Counted from the stretch's first letter, positions 37,455-48,290 are shown. The stretch is DNA of 64,000 nucleotides from an uncultured Eubacteriales bacterium (GCA_900549475.1 UROF01000004.1:55884-119883), one strand, 5' to 3'. Numbers and translations: made by a program. The notes: generated by a model not told the origin, from the sequence alone.

Positions 37455-39392
37455 ATGCTGTTAGGTGTTGACTACTACCCCGAGCAATGGGACGCTTCCC
37501 TGATGGATGCGGATATGGACCGTATTCTGGAGCTGGGCGGCAATGTGATCCGCATCGGTGAGTTTGCCTGGCACCGGATGGAAAAAGCAGAGGGGGTCTA
37601 TGACTTTTCTTTCTTTGACGGTGTTATTGCCAAAGCAAAAGAAAAGGGCCTCCGGGTGATCTTCGGCACTCCCACCGCCACGCCTCCCGCCTGGCTTATC
37701 AAAAAACACCCCGACATTCTCTCTCAGCATCCCGACGGCTCCCCCCGCTCCTACGGCGGCCGCCACGTCTACTGCTTCAGCAGCACCGTGTACCGCCAGT
37801 ACTGCGAGAAGATCGTCACCGCTCTGGCCCGTCACTACAAGCATGAGGACGCTATCATCGCCTGGCAGGTGGACAACGAGCTGGGCCATGAGGGCAGCGA
37901 CCTGTGTTGGTGCCCCCGGTGCAGGGCCGCATTCCAGCGATATCTCCATGAGATCTTCCACGGGGATATCGAAAAGCTGAATCAGGACTGGGGCACCGCC
38001 TTCTGGAGTCAGGAGTATAACGACTTTGATGAGATCCCTCTCCCCGCCCCCACCATCACCACCCACAATCCCGCCCTGCGGATGGATTGGGAACGGTTCT
38101 GCAGCCGCAACATCGAATCCTTTGCCGCCTTCCAGGCGGACATCCTCCGCCGTGAGATCCCCGGTGCGGTGGTGATGCACGACTTTCCCGGCGGAGGGCT
38201 GGACAAGCATGTGGACTACTCTTCCCTGGCCTCCTGTCTGGACAAGGTGGCCTACAACAACTACCCTGTCTGGGGCGGTCAGAAAGCCCCCCTCTCCGCC
38301 AGTGAGATCGCCTTTGGCCTGGATTACATACGGGGGCTGAAGCAGGAGAACTTCTGGATCACCGAGGCCATCATGGGGGCCCAGGGCCATGATATCACCG
38401 GCTTTCTCCCCCGGCCCAATCAGGCCAAAATGTGGAGCTGGCAAGGCGTGGCCCGGGGATGCGACGGTCTCCTCTACTTCCGCTACCGGGGCGCCACCAA
38501 GGGAGCCGAGCAGTTCTGCTACGGCATCCTGGATGCGGACAATACTCCTCGCCGCCGGTTCTATGAGGTCCAGGATTTCTTCCGCACAGTAAAGGACTAC
38601 AAGGACTTCCTCGCCGCCCCGGTACAGAGCGACGTGGCCATTCTCTACGACTACGACGCCCTGGCCTCCTTCCGCATCCAACAGCAGAGCATCCTTTTGG
38701 ACTGCGAAGCGGAGATGAAGCGTCTCCACAAGGTGTTCTTCCAGGCTGGGCAGATGGTGGACGTGATCCCCTCCCGGGCGGATTTCTCCCACTATAAGCT
38801 GGTGCTGGTGCCCAACATGATCGTTACGGATCAGGACTTTCTCCAGCGGCTCAAGGATTTTACCGCACAGGGCGGCATAGCCGTCGTCACCTACCGCACC
38901 GCAGTGAAAGACCGACAGAACAACCTTGTCTTCGGCAAGACGCTGCCGGTGGACTGCGGCGATCTGCTGGGCCTTACCGTGGAGGAGACCGAGAGCGTTC
39001 AGGAATACAACTGTATCCCCCTGGCAGGGCAGGGCCGAACAGCCCGTGCCGGGATCTTCCGGGATATGACCGCTCCTACCACTGCCGAGGTTCTCTACCG
39101 CTATGATGATCCCTTCTACCGCCAGTACGCCGCCATTACCCGCAACGCCTGGGGAAAGGGCTGGGCCTATTACCTGGGTACCACCCCCGACGGGGATACT
39201 TTGAAGGAGATTCTCGTCTCCGCCATGATCCAGGCTGGCCTTACCCCTCTGGAGCTGCCTGACGAGGTGGAGTCTGTGGTCCGCCGGAGCGGCAGCCGTA
39301 CCCTCCGTTTCCTGATCAATCACAATGATTCTCCTATGGAAGCCCTGGGCGTGTCCCTGGAGCCCTTCGGCGTCAAAGTTCTTCCCCTGTAA
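37455..39392 (+). CDS. beta-galactosidase, glycoside hydrolase family 42
   Basis: Starts MLLGVDYYPEQWD, typical of GH42. 645 aa. A Cys-cluster (CWCPRC) lies in the catalytic domain. Confidence 0.85.
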   Translation: MLLGVDYYPEQWDASLMDADMDRILELGGNVIRIGEFAWHRMEKAEGVYDFSFFDGVIAKAKEKGLRVIFGTPTATPPAWLIKKHPDILSQHPDGSPRSYGGRHVYCFSSTVYRQYCEKIVTALARHYKHEDAIIAWQVDNELGHEGSDLCWCPRCRAAFQRYLHEIFHGDIEKLNQDWGTAFWSQEYNDFDEIPLPAPTITTHNPALRMDWERFCSRNIESFAAFQADILRREIPGAVVMHDFPGGGLDKHVDYSSLASCLDKVAYNNYPVWGGQKAPLSASEIAFGLDYIRGLKQENFWITEAIMGAQGHDITGFLPRPNQAKMWSWQGVARGCDGLLYFRYRGATKGAEQFCYGILDADNTPRRRFYEVQDFFRTVKDYKDFLAAPVQSDVAILYDYDALASFRIQQQSILLDCEAEMKRLHKVFFQAGQMVDVIPSRADFSHYKLVLVPNMIVTDQDFLQRLKDFTAQGGIAVVTYRTAVKDRQNNLVFGKTLPVDCGDLLGLTVEETESVQEYNCIPLAGQGRTARAGIFRDMTAPTTAEVLYRYDDPFYRQYAAITRNAWGKGWAYYLGTTPDGDTLKEILVSAMIQAGLTPLELPDEVESVVRRSGSRTLRFLINHNDSPMEALGVSLEPFGVKVLPL

Positions 39393-39408
39393 ATTCCCCC
39401 TGTATGCC

Positions 39409-39452
39409 AAAAAGATCACCCGGAAACAGGATTGTTTCCGGGTGATCTTTTT
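39409..39452. terminator. bidirectional rho-independent terminator
   Basis: AAAAGATCACCCGGAAACA-GGATTG-TTTCCGGGTGATCTTTTT. Confidence 0.75.
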
Positions 39453-39483
39453 ATCACACAACACACACTACCACAGTCAGCGC

Positions 39484-40853
39484 TTATTTCCCCATCAAAG
39501 GGCGGATCTCCCGACGGTAAACATAGCGGTGGAAGAAGATACAGAGGGTAAGGGAGAACAACTCCGCAAAGGGGAAGGCCCACCAGACGAGAGCCAGCTG
39601 CCCGCTCAGGGACAACAGCCATGCCACAGGCAGAAGAACCACCAGCTGACGCACCAGAGATATGATCAGGCTCAGCACACCGTGACCCAGCGCCTGGAAA
39701 AAGGACGAAGAAATAATACAGAAACCAGCCAGCAGGAAGCTGATGCTGATGATCCGCAGAGCCGGTACACCGATTTCCAGCATGTAGTCCGACGCCTCAA
39801 AGAAGCCCAGCAGTGTGGCAGCACCCACCTGGAAGATGGCAAATCCCAGAGCCATGATAGCCGTGGCATACAACACCCCCAGCTTCATGGCCCGCATCAT
39901 CCGGTCCGGCTTTCTGGCGCCAAAGTTGTAGGCAACAATGGGCACCATACCGTTATTCAGACCGAATACCGGCATAAAGATGAAGCTCTGGAGCTTGAAA
40001 TACACACCCAGTACGGCAGTAGCCGTGGTGGTAAAGCCAATCAGGATCTGATTCATACCGAAAGTCATCACGGAACTGATAGCCGCCATAATGATAGAAG
40101 GCACACCGACGGCATAAATCACACCAATGATAGCTCCGCTGGGCCGGAAACCACGGAAACGCAGGGAGATCTCATGGTTCTTTCTGCTGTTGAGGATGAT
40201 CGCCAGAATCGCCGCCACGATCTGTCCCATGACGGTAGCCACCGCGGCACCGGCCACACCCATATCCAGCACAAAAATGAAGATGGGGTCGAAAATGATA
40301 TTGATCACTGCACCCAATCCCTGGGTAAACATGGTATAGATGGTTTTACCCGTAGACTGCAGCAGGCGCTCGTAGGTGATCTGGAAGAACATACCGAAAG
40401 AACAGATGGTGCAGATGGCCACATACTGGGTACCACCCTCCACGATCTCCGCTACATCGGTCTGTACAGTGAAGAAAGTGCGGGAGAAAAAGACGCCCAG
40501 CAGGGCAAATACGATGTAGCTGCATGCCGCCAGAAATACACCGTTGGCCGCTGCCAGATTGGCCCGTTTAAAGTTTTTCTCTCCCAGACTCTTGGACAGC
40601 AGGGCGTTGATACCAACACCGGTACGGTAGCCACTGCGATCATCAGGTTCTGTACCGGAAAAGCCAGAGATACCGCATTGAGTGCGTTCTCACTGAGTTT
40701 GGCTACGAAAATGCTGTCCACCACATTGTACAATGCCTGGACCAGCATGGATACCATGATGGGCACCGACATAGAGATCAGCAGCCGGTTTACCGGCCAT
40801 ACACCCATCTTATTCTCCTGAACTTGTGTTTCCTGAACGTTTCTCTCTTCCAT
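39484..40853 (-). pseudogene. MATE family efflux transporter disrupted by a 1-bp deletion frameshift
   Basis: The N-terminal 75 aa (40853 down to about 40630) and the C-terminal 319 aa (40443-39484) are both MATE-like but lie in different frames. Restoring one G in gctaccGTACCGGTG to gctaccGGTACCGGTG (plus coordinates about 40621-40629) gives the conserved ...AVATGTGVGINALLSKSLGEKNFKRA... and a continuous ORF of about 455 aa. Confidence 0.65.
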
Positions 40854-41043
40854 TCGTGCTCCTTATCCGGGTTCAACTTCCCTGTCTCATCATTCATGCT
40901 ATCTATCACACAGCACACTCACCAAAACTCAAAAACGCCGTTTGCAGACCGGATATCCTTCCGGTCCACAAACGGACGGCTTATATGGTAACACAACGAA
41001 AAAATATTGTCAACTGCTATGTAAGCGCTTTTTTCAAAGTTTT

Positions 41044-41718
41044 TTACATTTCTTCCTTCGTTTCTTCTGAATCCGGCAGCGGGATCATCGTCCCCACACA
41101 GCGGTTGATGGGCAATCCTTCCGCATAGAACTTCGCCTCGTAGTCGGTCATAACACCCTGCGGGCCGTTTTCATGCAGATGATGGGTCACCTCGCTGAGC
41201 GTATAGCCCGCAGCAGGGAATTCCTCCAGAGAGAACTGGAACAGAGGACCATTGTCTGTCTTGAAATGGATCTCTCCACCCATTTTCAACACCTTCCGGT
41301 AGGTGGTCAGGAATCCCCGGTGGGTCAGACGCCGCTTGGCCTGTCCCTTGGGAGGCCAGGGGTCACAGAAATTGATATAGATCAGGTCCACCTCTCCGTG
41401 GGCAAAGTAATCCGGCATCAGTGCCGCATCCCCTACCACAAAAAACACGTTCTTCAGCTCCAATGCCGCAGCCCGCTCCATAGCGATGACCATGGCATCA
41501 GGCACCTTCTCAATGGCAATAAACAGGATCTCCGGATTCTGCCGGGCCGTCTCCACAGTAAAGCGCCCCTTACCGCAGCCCAGCTCTACCCGAAGCTCCG
41601 CTGCCTCCGGCATCAGGGTCTCCCGCCACTTTCCTTTCAGTGCAAAACCGTCACGCACATGGACACAAGCACATTTTTCCATCCGGGGGATCAGATTTTT
41701 CTTCTTCCGCATCCGCAT
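41044..41718 (-). CDS. trmB: tRNA (guanine46-N7)-methyltransferase
   Basis: SAM-binding motif ELGCGKGRF and TrmB family conservation (PDPWPK, HRGFL). Confidence 0.8.
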   Translation of the reverse strand: MRMRKKKNLIPRMEKCACVHVRDGFALKGKWRETLMPEAAELRVELGCGKGRFTVETARQNPEILFIAIEKVPDAMVIAMERAAALELKNVFFVVGDAALMPDYFAHGEVDLIYINFCDPWPPKGQAKRRLTHRGFLTTYRKVLKMGGEIHFKTDNGPLFQFSLEEFPAAGYTLSEVTHHLHENGPQGVMTDYEAKFYAEGLPINRCVGTMIPLPDSEETKEEM

Positions 41719-41842
41719 AAATAAGGATACCTCCCGATTTTTCTCGGCACATCATATCATACCGGGGCCAAAAAGGCAAGGGTACGGCATGCCGCACCCT
41801 TGCCTTCCGCAGGTTCTCATTCCATGCAGCCCTCCGATAGGC

Positions 41843-43066
41843 TCAGACCGGACGATCATAAACAGCCTTCACATCCGCCCGGCCCCGCCACATGACCCAC
41901 CAGCACACCGCTACCAGTACCAGATTCAGAATGGTCATCGCCGCCCGGTAATCCACTACCTCCCCCAGAGCGCCCACTCCCAGGGAAAATACCAGGGAGG
42001 ATAGCGACATCAGGGCGTTGAACACAGCGTTGACCTTTGCCCGCATATTGTCCGGAAGGTAATTTTGAACGCTGCTCTCCCGCAAGGTAGCACTGTTGAT
42101 CCCCAGAAAGCCGCACAGCGCCCGGTTGGCCAGCATCAGAGGATAGGGCAGCCACAGCAGCAGCGCATCCATAACGCTGTAGATCTGGTAAACCAGATAG
42201 GCCAGGGAGAACCGCCGCTTTGGGGGGATGGTGAAACGGTAGTGGACCAGTCCCCCCAGGGTCCGGCCAATGAATTCCACCGTGGTGAAAAAGGCGTACA
42301 TGGTCATATCCAGCCCCGGAGTGGTACGGAAATAGGCAGTGACCAAGTTGGAGGTGCCGGTGGACAGGCCCTGAGTCAGCGGCATATAGGTATAAATCCG
42401 GAGAAGGCCCTTTTCCCGGCTCAGGTAGTGGAATCCCTCCCGGAAATCCGCCAGATAATCCCGAAAAGAGAAGCGTCCGCCCCGGCCCACCGTCTCTTCC
42501 ACCCGGATCTGTGTCTCCACCGTGGCCGCCAGCAGGAGCAATACCCCCTCTCCCATACAGATCACCGGCAGTCCCACGCCGGTGTACAGCACACTGGCCA
42601 CCGGCGTCATCACCATGATGACCGTAGGATAGAGCATACCGGAAACTGTATAGCCCTTTTGTGCAAATCCCGGAGGGATCAAATTGGGGTAAAGACTGTT
42701 GTACGCCAGCTGGTAAATGGCTCCGGTGGTATTGACCAACAGGGAAAAAGCCAGATACAATCCCATCTGGAAGCTGTGAGACAGCAGGTAGACGCCCATC
42801 AGGAGATAGACGCAGCCATTGAAATAATCCAGCCCCACGATCACCGGCTTACGCCGGAAGTTATCCAGATAAGGGGCCGCCAACACCGGGATCAGGGTGT
42901 GGGGCAGCAGGGACACAGCGCTGAATATTCCCATCAGCAGGGTACTGCCGGTATTGTCAAAGACCACAAAACTCAGAGCAAAGCTCATGGCCACACCGCC
43001 GATGGCGCTGATGACCGTTCCCAGTGTGATGATCGTAAAATTTCTTGTCCATAGTGTGCGGGGCAT
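41843..43066 (-). CDS. MFS transporter
   Basis: 407 aa, 12 TM helices. Confidence 0.75.
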   Translation of the reverse strand: MPRTLWTRNFTIITLGTVISAIGGVAMSFALSFVVFDNTGSTLLMGIFSAVSLLPHTLIPVLAAPYLDNFRRKPVIVGLDYFNGCVYLLMGVYLLSHSFQMGLYLAFSLLVNTTGAIYQLAYNSLYPNLIPPGFAQKGYTVSGMLYPTVIMVMTPVASVLYTGVGLPVICMGEGVLLLLAATVETQIRVEETVGRGGRFSFRDYLADFREGFHYLSREKGLLRIYTYMPLTQGLSTGTSNLVTAYFRTTPGLDMTMYAFFTTVEFIGRTLGGLVHYRFTIPPKRRFSLAYLVYQIYSVMDALLLWLPYPLMLANRALCGFLGINSATLRESSVQNYLPDNMRAKVNAVFNALMSLSSLVFSLGVGALGEVVDYRAAMTILNLVLVAVCWWVMWRGRADVKAVYDRPV

Positions 43067-43170
43067 GGTTTTTCCTCCTTTTTTCTCTGCCCCACCAGTA
43101 TAGCACTAACCATTTAATATTCACAATTCGGTTGTTTTGAGAAAATTTCTCCAGACTCTATTGCTTAAAG

Positions 43171-44361
43171 CTATATTTTACGTTCCTTGTAGGAAAACTC
43201 CTTCATCAACAGGTAGGCCTCCTTGTACCGGCGCTGTGCCTCCAGCGCCTCTAACAAAAACGGCAGATGGAACCTGGCATAGCCCTCCCCCAGCTCTTTC
43301 TCCGCCTGGGTATAGATCTCACGCGCCATAGCGGCATAGCTCTCCTGTCTGACATAGTCCGGATGATCCAGACGGTACGCTACCAGATCCAGGATCGTTC
43401 CCACCGCCGGGCTGCTGTCACGATCTTCGTTGCTTCCATACGCTTTATCCAAAGCTTTCCTGGCTTCCTCCAGCCGGCCCGCCCGCTCCAGGGCAATGGC
43501 CAGCTTATGCCAATACCACAGGTCCTCCCGGGGAGAGGCCTCCAGCAATGCCAGGGCCTCCTGGTCCATCCCCCACTCCAGATAGGTGGCGGCAATGTTG
43601 TAGTCGATGGTAGCCAGCAGCTCCGTCTGGCCCAACTCTTTCCCCAAACGCCTGGCGATCTGGTAGCTCTCCTCCATCAAACGTGGATGGCCAATGGCAC
43701 TGTAGCTGTTCCCCAGAAACAGCTGGGCCAGCAGCATGAGATTGGGCCGCCCTTCCTCAGCGGCCTGGTCATACCCCCGCTGCAGCACCGCAATAGCCTC
43801 TGTGTACCGCCCCCGCTGGATATAGTGGCTGCCTACCGCCACGGTGTAGAAGGCACCTGCCCCCAGCCGCAGGAGAGGCTGCGCATCCTGGTCACGGCCG
43901 CAGGCCAGACGGCAAAGGAGGTAAAGAGGGTACTGCCGCCGGTCCATTACCGCAGAAAAGGGCTCCACCTGCTCCAGCAGTTCCGCCTTGACTTCCTCCC
44001 CAGTCCCCGCTTTCAGCAGCAGAAGATCCAGCATCCAAGGGGAGCGCAGGCACCGCTCCTCCTTCTCTTCCAGCTCCGCCAGGGTCTGTCGGAACAGCTC
44101 CTCTCTCTCCCGGCCTGCCAGCAGCTCCTGATAGAGAACGTCTATCCGGGCCCCGGCCCAAGCGAGAAAAGCCTCATCTATCTCAAAATCCACGCCCAGC
44201 CGATGCAGCAGGGGAAGCACCACATCCTCCCCTGCCTCAGCCTTGCCCTGTTCGATCTTACTGAGGTAGCTCACCGCACAGATCCCCCGGCACAGCCCCT
44301 CCTGGGAGTAGTTCTGCCGCAGCCGTTCCCTGCGGATCAATACGCCAACAAACGCCTCCAT
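43171..44361 (-). CDS. XRE-family HTH transcriptional regulator with a C-terminal TPR-like domain (RRNPP/PlcR-NprR-Rgg-like architecture)
   Basis: N-terminal HTH_XRE (LIRRERLRQNYSQEGLCRGICAVSYLSKIEQGK). The following roughly 330 aa are helical and repeat-rich, consistent with TPR. Confidence 0.6.
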   Translation of the reverse strand: MEAFVGVLIRRERLRQNYSQEGLCRGICAVSYLSKIEQGKAEAGEDVVLPLLHRLGVDFEIDEAFLAWAGARIDVLYQELLAGREREELFRQTLAELEEKEERCLRSPWMLDLLLLKAGTGEEVKAELLEQVEPFSAVMDRRQYPLYLLCRLACGRDQDAQPLLRLGAGAFYTVAVGSHYIQRGRYTEAIAVLQRGYDQAAEEGRPNLMLLAQLFLGNSYSAIGHPRLMEESYQIARRLGKELGQTELLATIDYNIAATYLEWGMDQEALALLEASPREDLWYWHKLAIALERAGRLEEARKALDKAYGSNEDRDSSPAVGTILDLVAYRLDHPDYVRQESYAAMAREIYTQAEKELGEGYARFHLPFLLEALEAQRRYKEAYLLMKEFSYKERKI

Positions 44362-44554
44362 ACGCTCTCCCCTCCTTTTTCCTTATTGTACCGCCGGGAA
44401 AGACGCAAGACAAGAGCGCTCCCCAGTCCTCCCGGTCGTCTGTTATAAAATTTCTTTACCAACCACAAGTTTTGTGTTACAATTCGTCTATCTATACAAC
44501 AGCGCGAATATTGTTAATCGAATACCACAGCGCGTAAGAAAAGGAGGATAAGCT

Positions 44555-45175
44555 ATGGCGAACTGTATCATCACCATCGGCCGCCAGTGCGGCAGCGGCG
44601 GCCACACCATCGGCAAACTGGTAGCCCAGCGGTTGGAACTGGCTTTTTACGACAAGGAGATCGTAGAGCTGGTGGCAGCCAAAACCAAGCTGTCGCCAGA
44701 GTTTATCCGTTCCCATGGCGAGTACTTTAATGGCGGCGCTCTGGGCCACATTATCGGCTATGGCACCCGGTTCGATTCCAACGCCAAAACCGGCAGCTCC
44801 CTGACCGACCATCTTCACAATGTACAATCGGAGATCATTCTGGAAGAGGCGGCCAAAGGGCCCTGCGTCATTGTAGGCCGCTGCGCTGACCATGTGCTGG
44901 CAGGTAAATTCCCTACCCTGAATATTTTTATCCACTCTGACATGCCCTACAAGGTAGAGCGCTCCATTGCAGAGCACGGCCTGGACCGGGAAAAAGCCGC
45001 CGCGATCCTCACCCGCCGGGACAAGGCCAGAGCCCATCACTACCGGTTCTATACCGACCAGAAGTGGGGCGATGTCCGCAATTACGATCTGTGTCTGGAC
45101 AGCGGCAAACTGGGAGTGGAGACCTGTGTCTCCATCATTGTTGACACCTACCGCCTGCTCCAACATAAAGCATAA
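44555..45175 (+). CDS. cytidylate kinase-like family protein
   Basis: ITIGRQCGSGGHTIGKLVAQRL, a P-loop-like motif characteristic of the Cytidylate_kin2 family. Confidence 0.6.
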   Translation: MANCIITIGRQCGSGGHTIGKLVAQRLELAFYDKEIVELVAAKTKLSPEFIRSHGEYFNGGALGHIIGYGTRFDSNAKTGSSLTDHLHNVQSEIILEEAAKGPCVIVGRCADHVLAGKFPTLNIFIHSDMPYKVERSIAEHGLDREKAAAILTRRDKARAHHYRFYTDQKWGDVRNYDLCLDSGKLGVETCVSIIVDTYRLLQHKA

Positions 45176-45176
45176 C

Positions 45177-45222
45177 AAAACCACCCCGCCGGAATTTCAC
45201 GTTTCCGGCGGGGTGGTTCTTA
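45177..45222. terminator. terminator hairpin between convergent genes
   Basis: AAAACCACCCCGCCGGAA-TTTCACGT-TTCCGGCGGGGTGGTT. Confidence 0.6.
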
Positions 45223-45253
45223 ATTTACCAATAGCAAATATGGGATCGGAACA

Positions 45254-46663
45254 TCAGCGTGCGGACAGCTCCTCCTCCGCCAGCTTGCGGCCCATGAGCA
45301 CACCCATGACGGAAGCCATCATCAGGCCACGGGTCCAGCCGCTGGAATCGCCCAGGCAGTGGAGTCCCTTCACATTGGTGTTGAAATCTTCATCCATCTT
45401 CACCCGGTTGGAGTAGAACTTCAGCTCCGGGGAGTAGAGCAGGGTCTCCGTGGCGGCAAAGCCGGGGACTACCTGGTCCATAGCCTGGATGAAATTGATG
45501 ATGTTGATCATGGCTCGATAGGGCATAGCAGCGGTGATATCTCCCGCCACCGCATCGGGCAGGGTGGGCCGCAGATTGGAAAACGCCAGCTCCTTGGGCC
45601 ATGTCCGCTTGCCGTCCAAGATATCGCCGAAGCGCTGGACGAGAATATGACCGGCTCCCAGCATGTTGGTCAGCTCTCCCACCTTCTGCGCATAGGCAAT
45701 AGGCTGATTGAAGGGATAGGAGAAGTTGTGGCTGCAGAGGATGGCCAGGTTGGTGTTGTCGCTCTTGAGCTCTTTATAGCTGTGGCCGTTGACCACTGCC
45801 AGATCGTTGTCATAGTTCTCCTGGCTGACAAAGCCGCCGGGATTCTGGCAGAAAGTGCGGACCTTGTTCTTGAAGGGCTTGGGATAACCCACCAGCTTGG
45901 ACTCGTAGAGCACCCGGTTCACCGTCTCCATGACCTCGTTGCGGACCTCCACCCGGACACCGATATCCACCGTGCCGGGCTGATGGGCGATGTTGTGCTC
46001 GGCGCAGAGACTCTCCAGCCAATCCGCTCCGCGGCGGCCGGTGGCAATGATGGTGTGCTCCGCCAGGATCTCCTGTTCCTCCCTGCCATTGGTGATGCAT
46101 ACGCCCTTGCAGACATCCCCATCCAAAATCAGATTGGTGCACTCATAGCCGAACATCAGCTCCACACCATTGCGGATAAGGTACTGCTCGATGGCGTAGT
46201 ACAGATCCTGAGCCTTCTCTGTCCCCAAGTGGCGAATGGGGCAGTCCACCAGTTTCAGTCCTGCCTGAATGGCCCGCTTGCGAATGGCCTTGACCTCCTC
46301 GGTATTGCCCAGGCCTTCCACATGGGTATCCGCGCCGAACTCCAGGTAGATCTGATCGGTATAGTCGATGGTCTCCTGGGCCAGGTCCGCACCGATCAGC
46401 GTGGGCAGATCGCCGCCCACCTCATAGCTCAGGGACAGCTTGCCGTCGGAAAAGGCACCAGCACCGGAAAAACCAGTGGTGATATGGCAGTAGGGCTTGC
46501 AGTTGACACACTGCTTGGTCTTGCTCTTGGGGCAGTGGCGATCCTCCACCGCCTTTCCCTTCTCTACGATCAGGATGTTCTGCTTGCTGCCCTTTTTCAG
46601 CATCTCAATGGCGGTAAAAATACCGGCAGGACCGGCACCGATGATGACAATGTCCTTCTTCAT
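45254..46663 (-). CDS. FAD-dependent oxidoreductase (uncharacterised FAD-dependent dehydrogenase family)
   Basis: N-terminal Rossmann motif IVIIGAGPAGIFTA. 469 aa. Confidence 0.7.
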   Translation of the reverse strand: MKKDIVIIGAGPAGIFTAIEMLKKGSKQNILIVEKGKAVEDRHCPKSKTKQCVNCKPYCHITTGFSGAGAFSDGKLSLSYEVGGDLPTLIGADLAQETIDYTDQIYLEFGADTHVEGLGNTEEVKAIRKRAIQAGLKLVDCPIRHLGTEKAQDLYYAIEQYLIRNGVELMFGYECTNLILDGDVCKGVCITNGREEQEILAEHTIIATGRRGADWLESLCAEHNIAHQPGTVDIGVRVEVRNEVMETVNRVLYESKLVGYPKPFKNKVRTFCQNPGGFVSQENYDNDLAVVNGHSYKELKSDNTNLAILCSHNFSYPFNQPIAYAQKVGELTNMLGAGHILVQRFGDILDGKRTWPKELAFSNLRPTLPDAVAGDITAAMPYRAMINIINFIQAMDQVVPGFAATETLLYSPELKFYSNRVKMDEDFNTNVKGLHCLGDSSGWTRGLMMASVMGVLMGRKLAEEELSAR

Positions 46664-46875
46664 AGTGGAACCTCCTCATAGTCTGTTGGGTAAGGCTGGA
46701 TTCAGACCGCAAAAAAACCACCCAGCACAATCTGCGGCAGACATCCTCACAGGATAAAAACTGCCGCGGGGTCAGGCGGTCGGTGGATCATCTCCTCTTA
46801 TCATGTCATATCTCATGGCAGATTGACACATTCTGTAGTATATCTGTTTTCCTTTCCGTTGTCAAGTCTTTACGC

Positions 46876-46913
46876 AAAAAAACCTGCCGCAAATAGATTG
46901 CGGCAGGTTTTTC
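46876..46913 (-). terminator. terminator of the second peptide ABC operon
   Basis: AAAAAAACCTGCCGCAA-ATAGA-TTGCGGCAGGTTTTTC, 7 bp beyond the last gene's stop. The T-run reads on the minus strand. Confidence 0.65.
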
Positions 46914-46919
46914 ATTCTT

Positions 46920-47228
46920 TCAGGTCCACAGAGCCAGCATGGCCACGATCAGCAGCACAGCAGCCAGGATATAGATTCCGCCAATCAACAGGCCAGCCCG
47001 CAGGGCGGCAAAAATATAAACTTTCCGGTCCTCAGAGGACATCTCATCCCTTGAAGGTTCCCAGGGACGGGACACAGGCTCCTCCTGTTCCGGCTCCGGA
47101 GACGGAGTGACAGCCGGTTTATGAACCGTATCCCAGTGCCGGGGCAGGATCAGGCGCGGCCGCTCCAGACCGCTCATGTCGGCGATGGTACGTCCATCGT
47201 CGTCGTCATAGACACGTTTGCGCCCCAT
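46920..47228 (-). CDS. small hypothetical membrane protein (acidic/Pro-rich N-terminus, one C-terminal TM helix)
   Basis: 102 aa. 3-bp gap to the upstream ATPase gene. C-terminus is hydrophobic (IFAALRAGLLIGGIYILAAVLLIVAMLALW). Confidence 0.45.
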   Translation of the reverse strand: MGRKRVYDDDDGRTIADMSGLERPRLILPRHWDTVHKPAVTPSPEPEQEEPVSRPWEPSRDEMSSEDRKVYIFAALRAGLLIGGIYILAAVLLIVAMLALWT

Positions 47229-47231
47229 AGC

Positions 47232-48290
47232 TTACTTGTCGTAGAGGTGGCAGACCACATAGTGGCCCGGCTCGATCTCCTTCTGCTCCGGCGCCTCCAC
47301 CTTGCAGCGCTCCATGCAGTTGGCGCAGCGGGTGTGGAACTTACAGCCGGAGGGCGGATTTGCCGGGGAAGGAATGGAGCCTTCCAGCACGATGCGGTTC
47401 ATCTTCGCATCAGGATCGGGGATGGGAATGGCGGAGAACAGGGCCTTGGTATAGGGGTGGAGAGGATTGCGGAAGATGTCTGCCGTAGCACCGTACTCCA
47501 CCAGGTTGCCCAGGTACATAACACCCACTGTGTCGGAGATGTGCTCCACCACGCTCAGGTCGTGGGAGATGAAGAGATAGGTCAGGTTGTATTTCTCCTG
47601 GAGCTCCCGGAGAAGGTTGATGATCTGGGCCTGGATAGATACATCCAGAGCGGACACAGGTTCATCGCAGACCACGAACTCGGGGTTCAGGGCCAGAGCC
47701 CGGGCAATACAGATACGCTGACGCTGGCCGCCGGAGAACTCATGGGGATAGCGGTCCTTGTGGAAAGGCTGGAGGCCGCAGTTGTCCATGACCTGGTCGA
47801 TATAGTCATTGAACTCCTCCTTGGGCACCAGATTGTGCTCCCGGACCGCCTCGCCGATGATCTCGCCTACCGGCAGACGGGGAGACAAAGAGGAGAAGGG
47901 GTCCTGGAAGATGATCTGCATCTTGGTCCGCAGGGAGCGCATCTCCTTGGGGCTGAGGTCATAGACCTCCTGCCCGTTGAACAGCACCTGACCGCCGGTC
48001 TTGTCACCGGACAGGCGCAGGATGGTCCGTCCAGCAGTGGTCTTGCCGCAGCCGGACTCACCTACCAGACCCATCGTGGTACCCCGCTTGAGGTTGAAGG
48101 TGATACCGTCAACAGCCCGGACATAGCCCACTGTCTTGGACACCATGCCGCCCTTGATGGGGAAGTACTTCTTCAGCTTGTTGACCATGAGGATATACTG
48201 GGGATCATAGGTCACCGGGGTAAAGGTGTTATCAATTACCAGATTTCCGGTTTTCTTTTCCTCGGATACCTTATTTCCTGCCTTCGCCAT
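47232..48290 (-). CDS. oligopeptide ABC transporter ATP-binding protein (OppF-like)
   Basis: Walker [10 protein letters not shown], signature [16 protein letters not shown]-terminal oligopeptide-ABC domain. Confidence 0.85.
   Translation of the reverse strand: MAKAGNKVSEEKKTGNLVIDNTFTPVTYDPQYILMVNKLKKYFPIKGGMVSKTVGYVRAVDGITFNLKRGTTMGLVGESGCGKTTAGRTILRLSGDKTGGQVLFNGQEVYDLSPKEMRSLRTKMQIIFQDPFSSLSPRLPVGEIIGEAVREHNLVPKEEFNDYIDQVMDNCGLQPFHKDRYPHEFSGGQRQRICIARALALNPEFVVCDEPVSALDVSIQAQIINLLRELQEKYNLTYLFISHDLSVVEHISDTVGVMYLGNLVEYGATADIFRNPLHPYTKALFSAIPIPDPDAKMNRIVLEGSIPSPANPPSGCKFHTRCANCMERCKVEAPEQKEIEPGHYVVCHLYDK

Noticed and set aside
37461-39464. 667-aa minus-strand ORF
   Set aside because: Antisense to the GH42 beta-galactosidase gene, whose N-terminal GH42 signature is unambiguous.
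39325-40821. 498-aa + strand ORF
   Set aside because: Antisense to the MATE (pseudo)gene. The composition is H/R/G/T-rich nonsense and there is no RBS.
43137-43331. 64-aa + ORF and a 40-aa minus-strand mini-ORF in the 43067-43170 gap, considered as possible RRNPP signalling peptides
   Set aside because: The first is antisense to the regulator's 3' end and Pro/Ala-rich. The second overlaps the MFS start codon out of frame and lacks a signal-peptide-like sequence.
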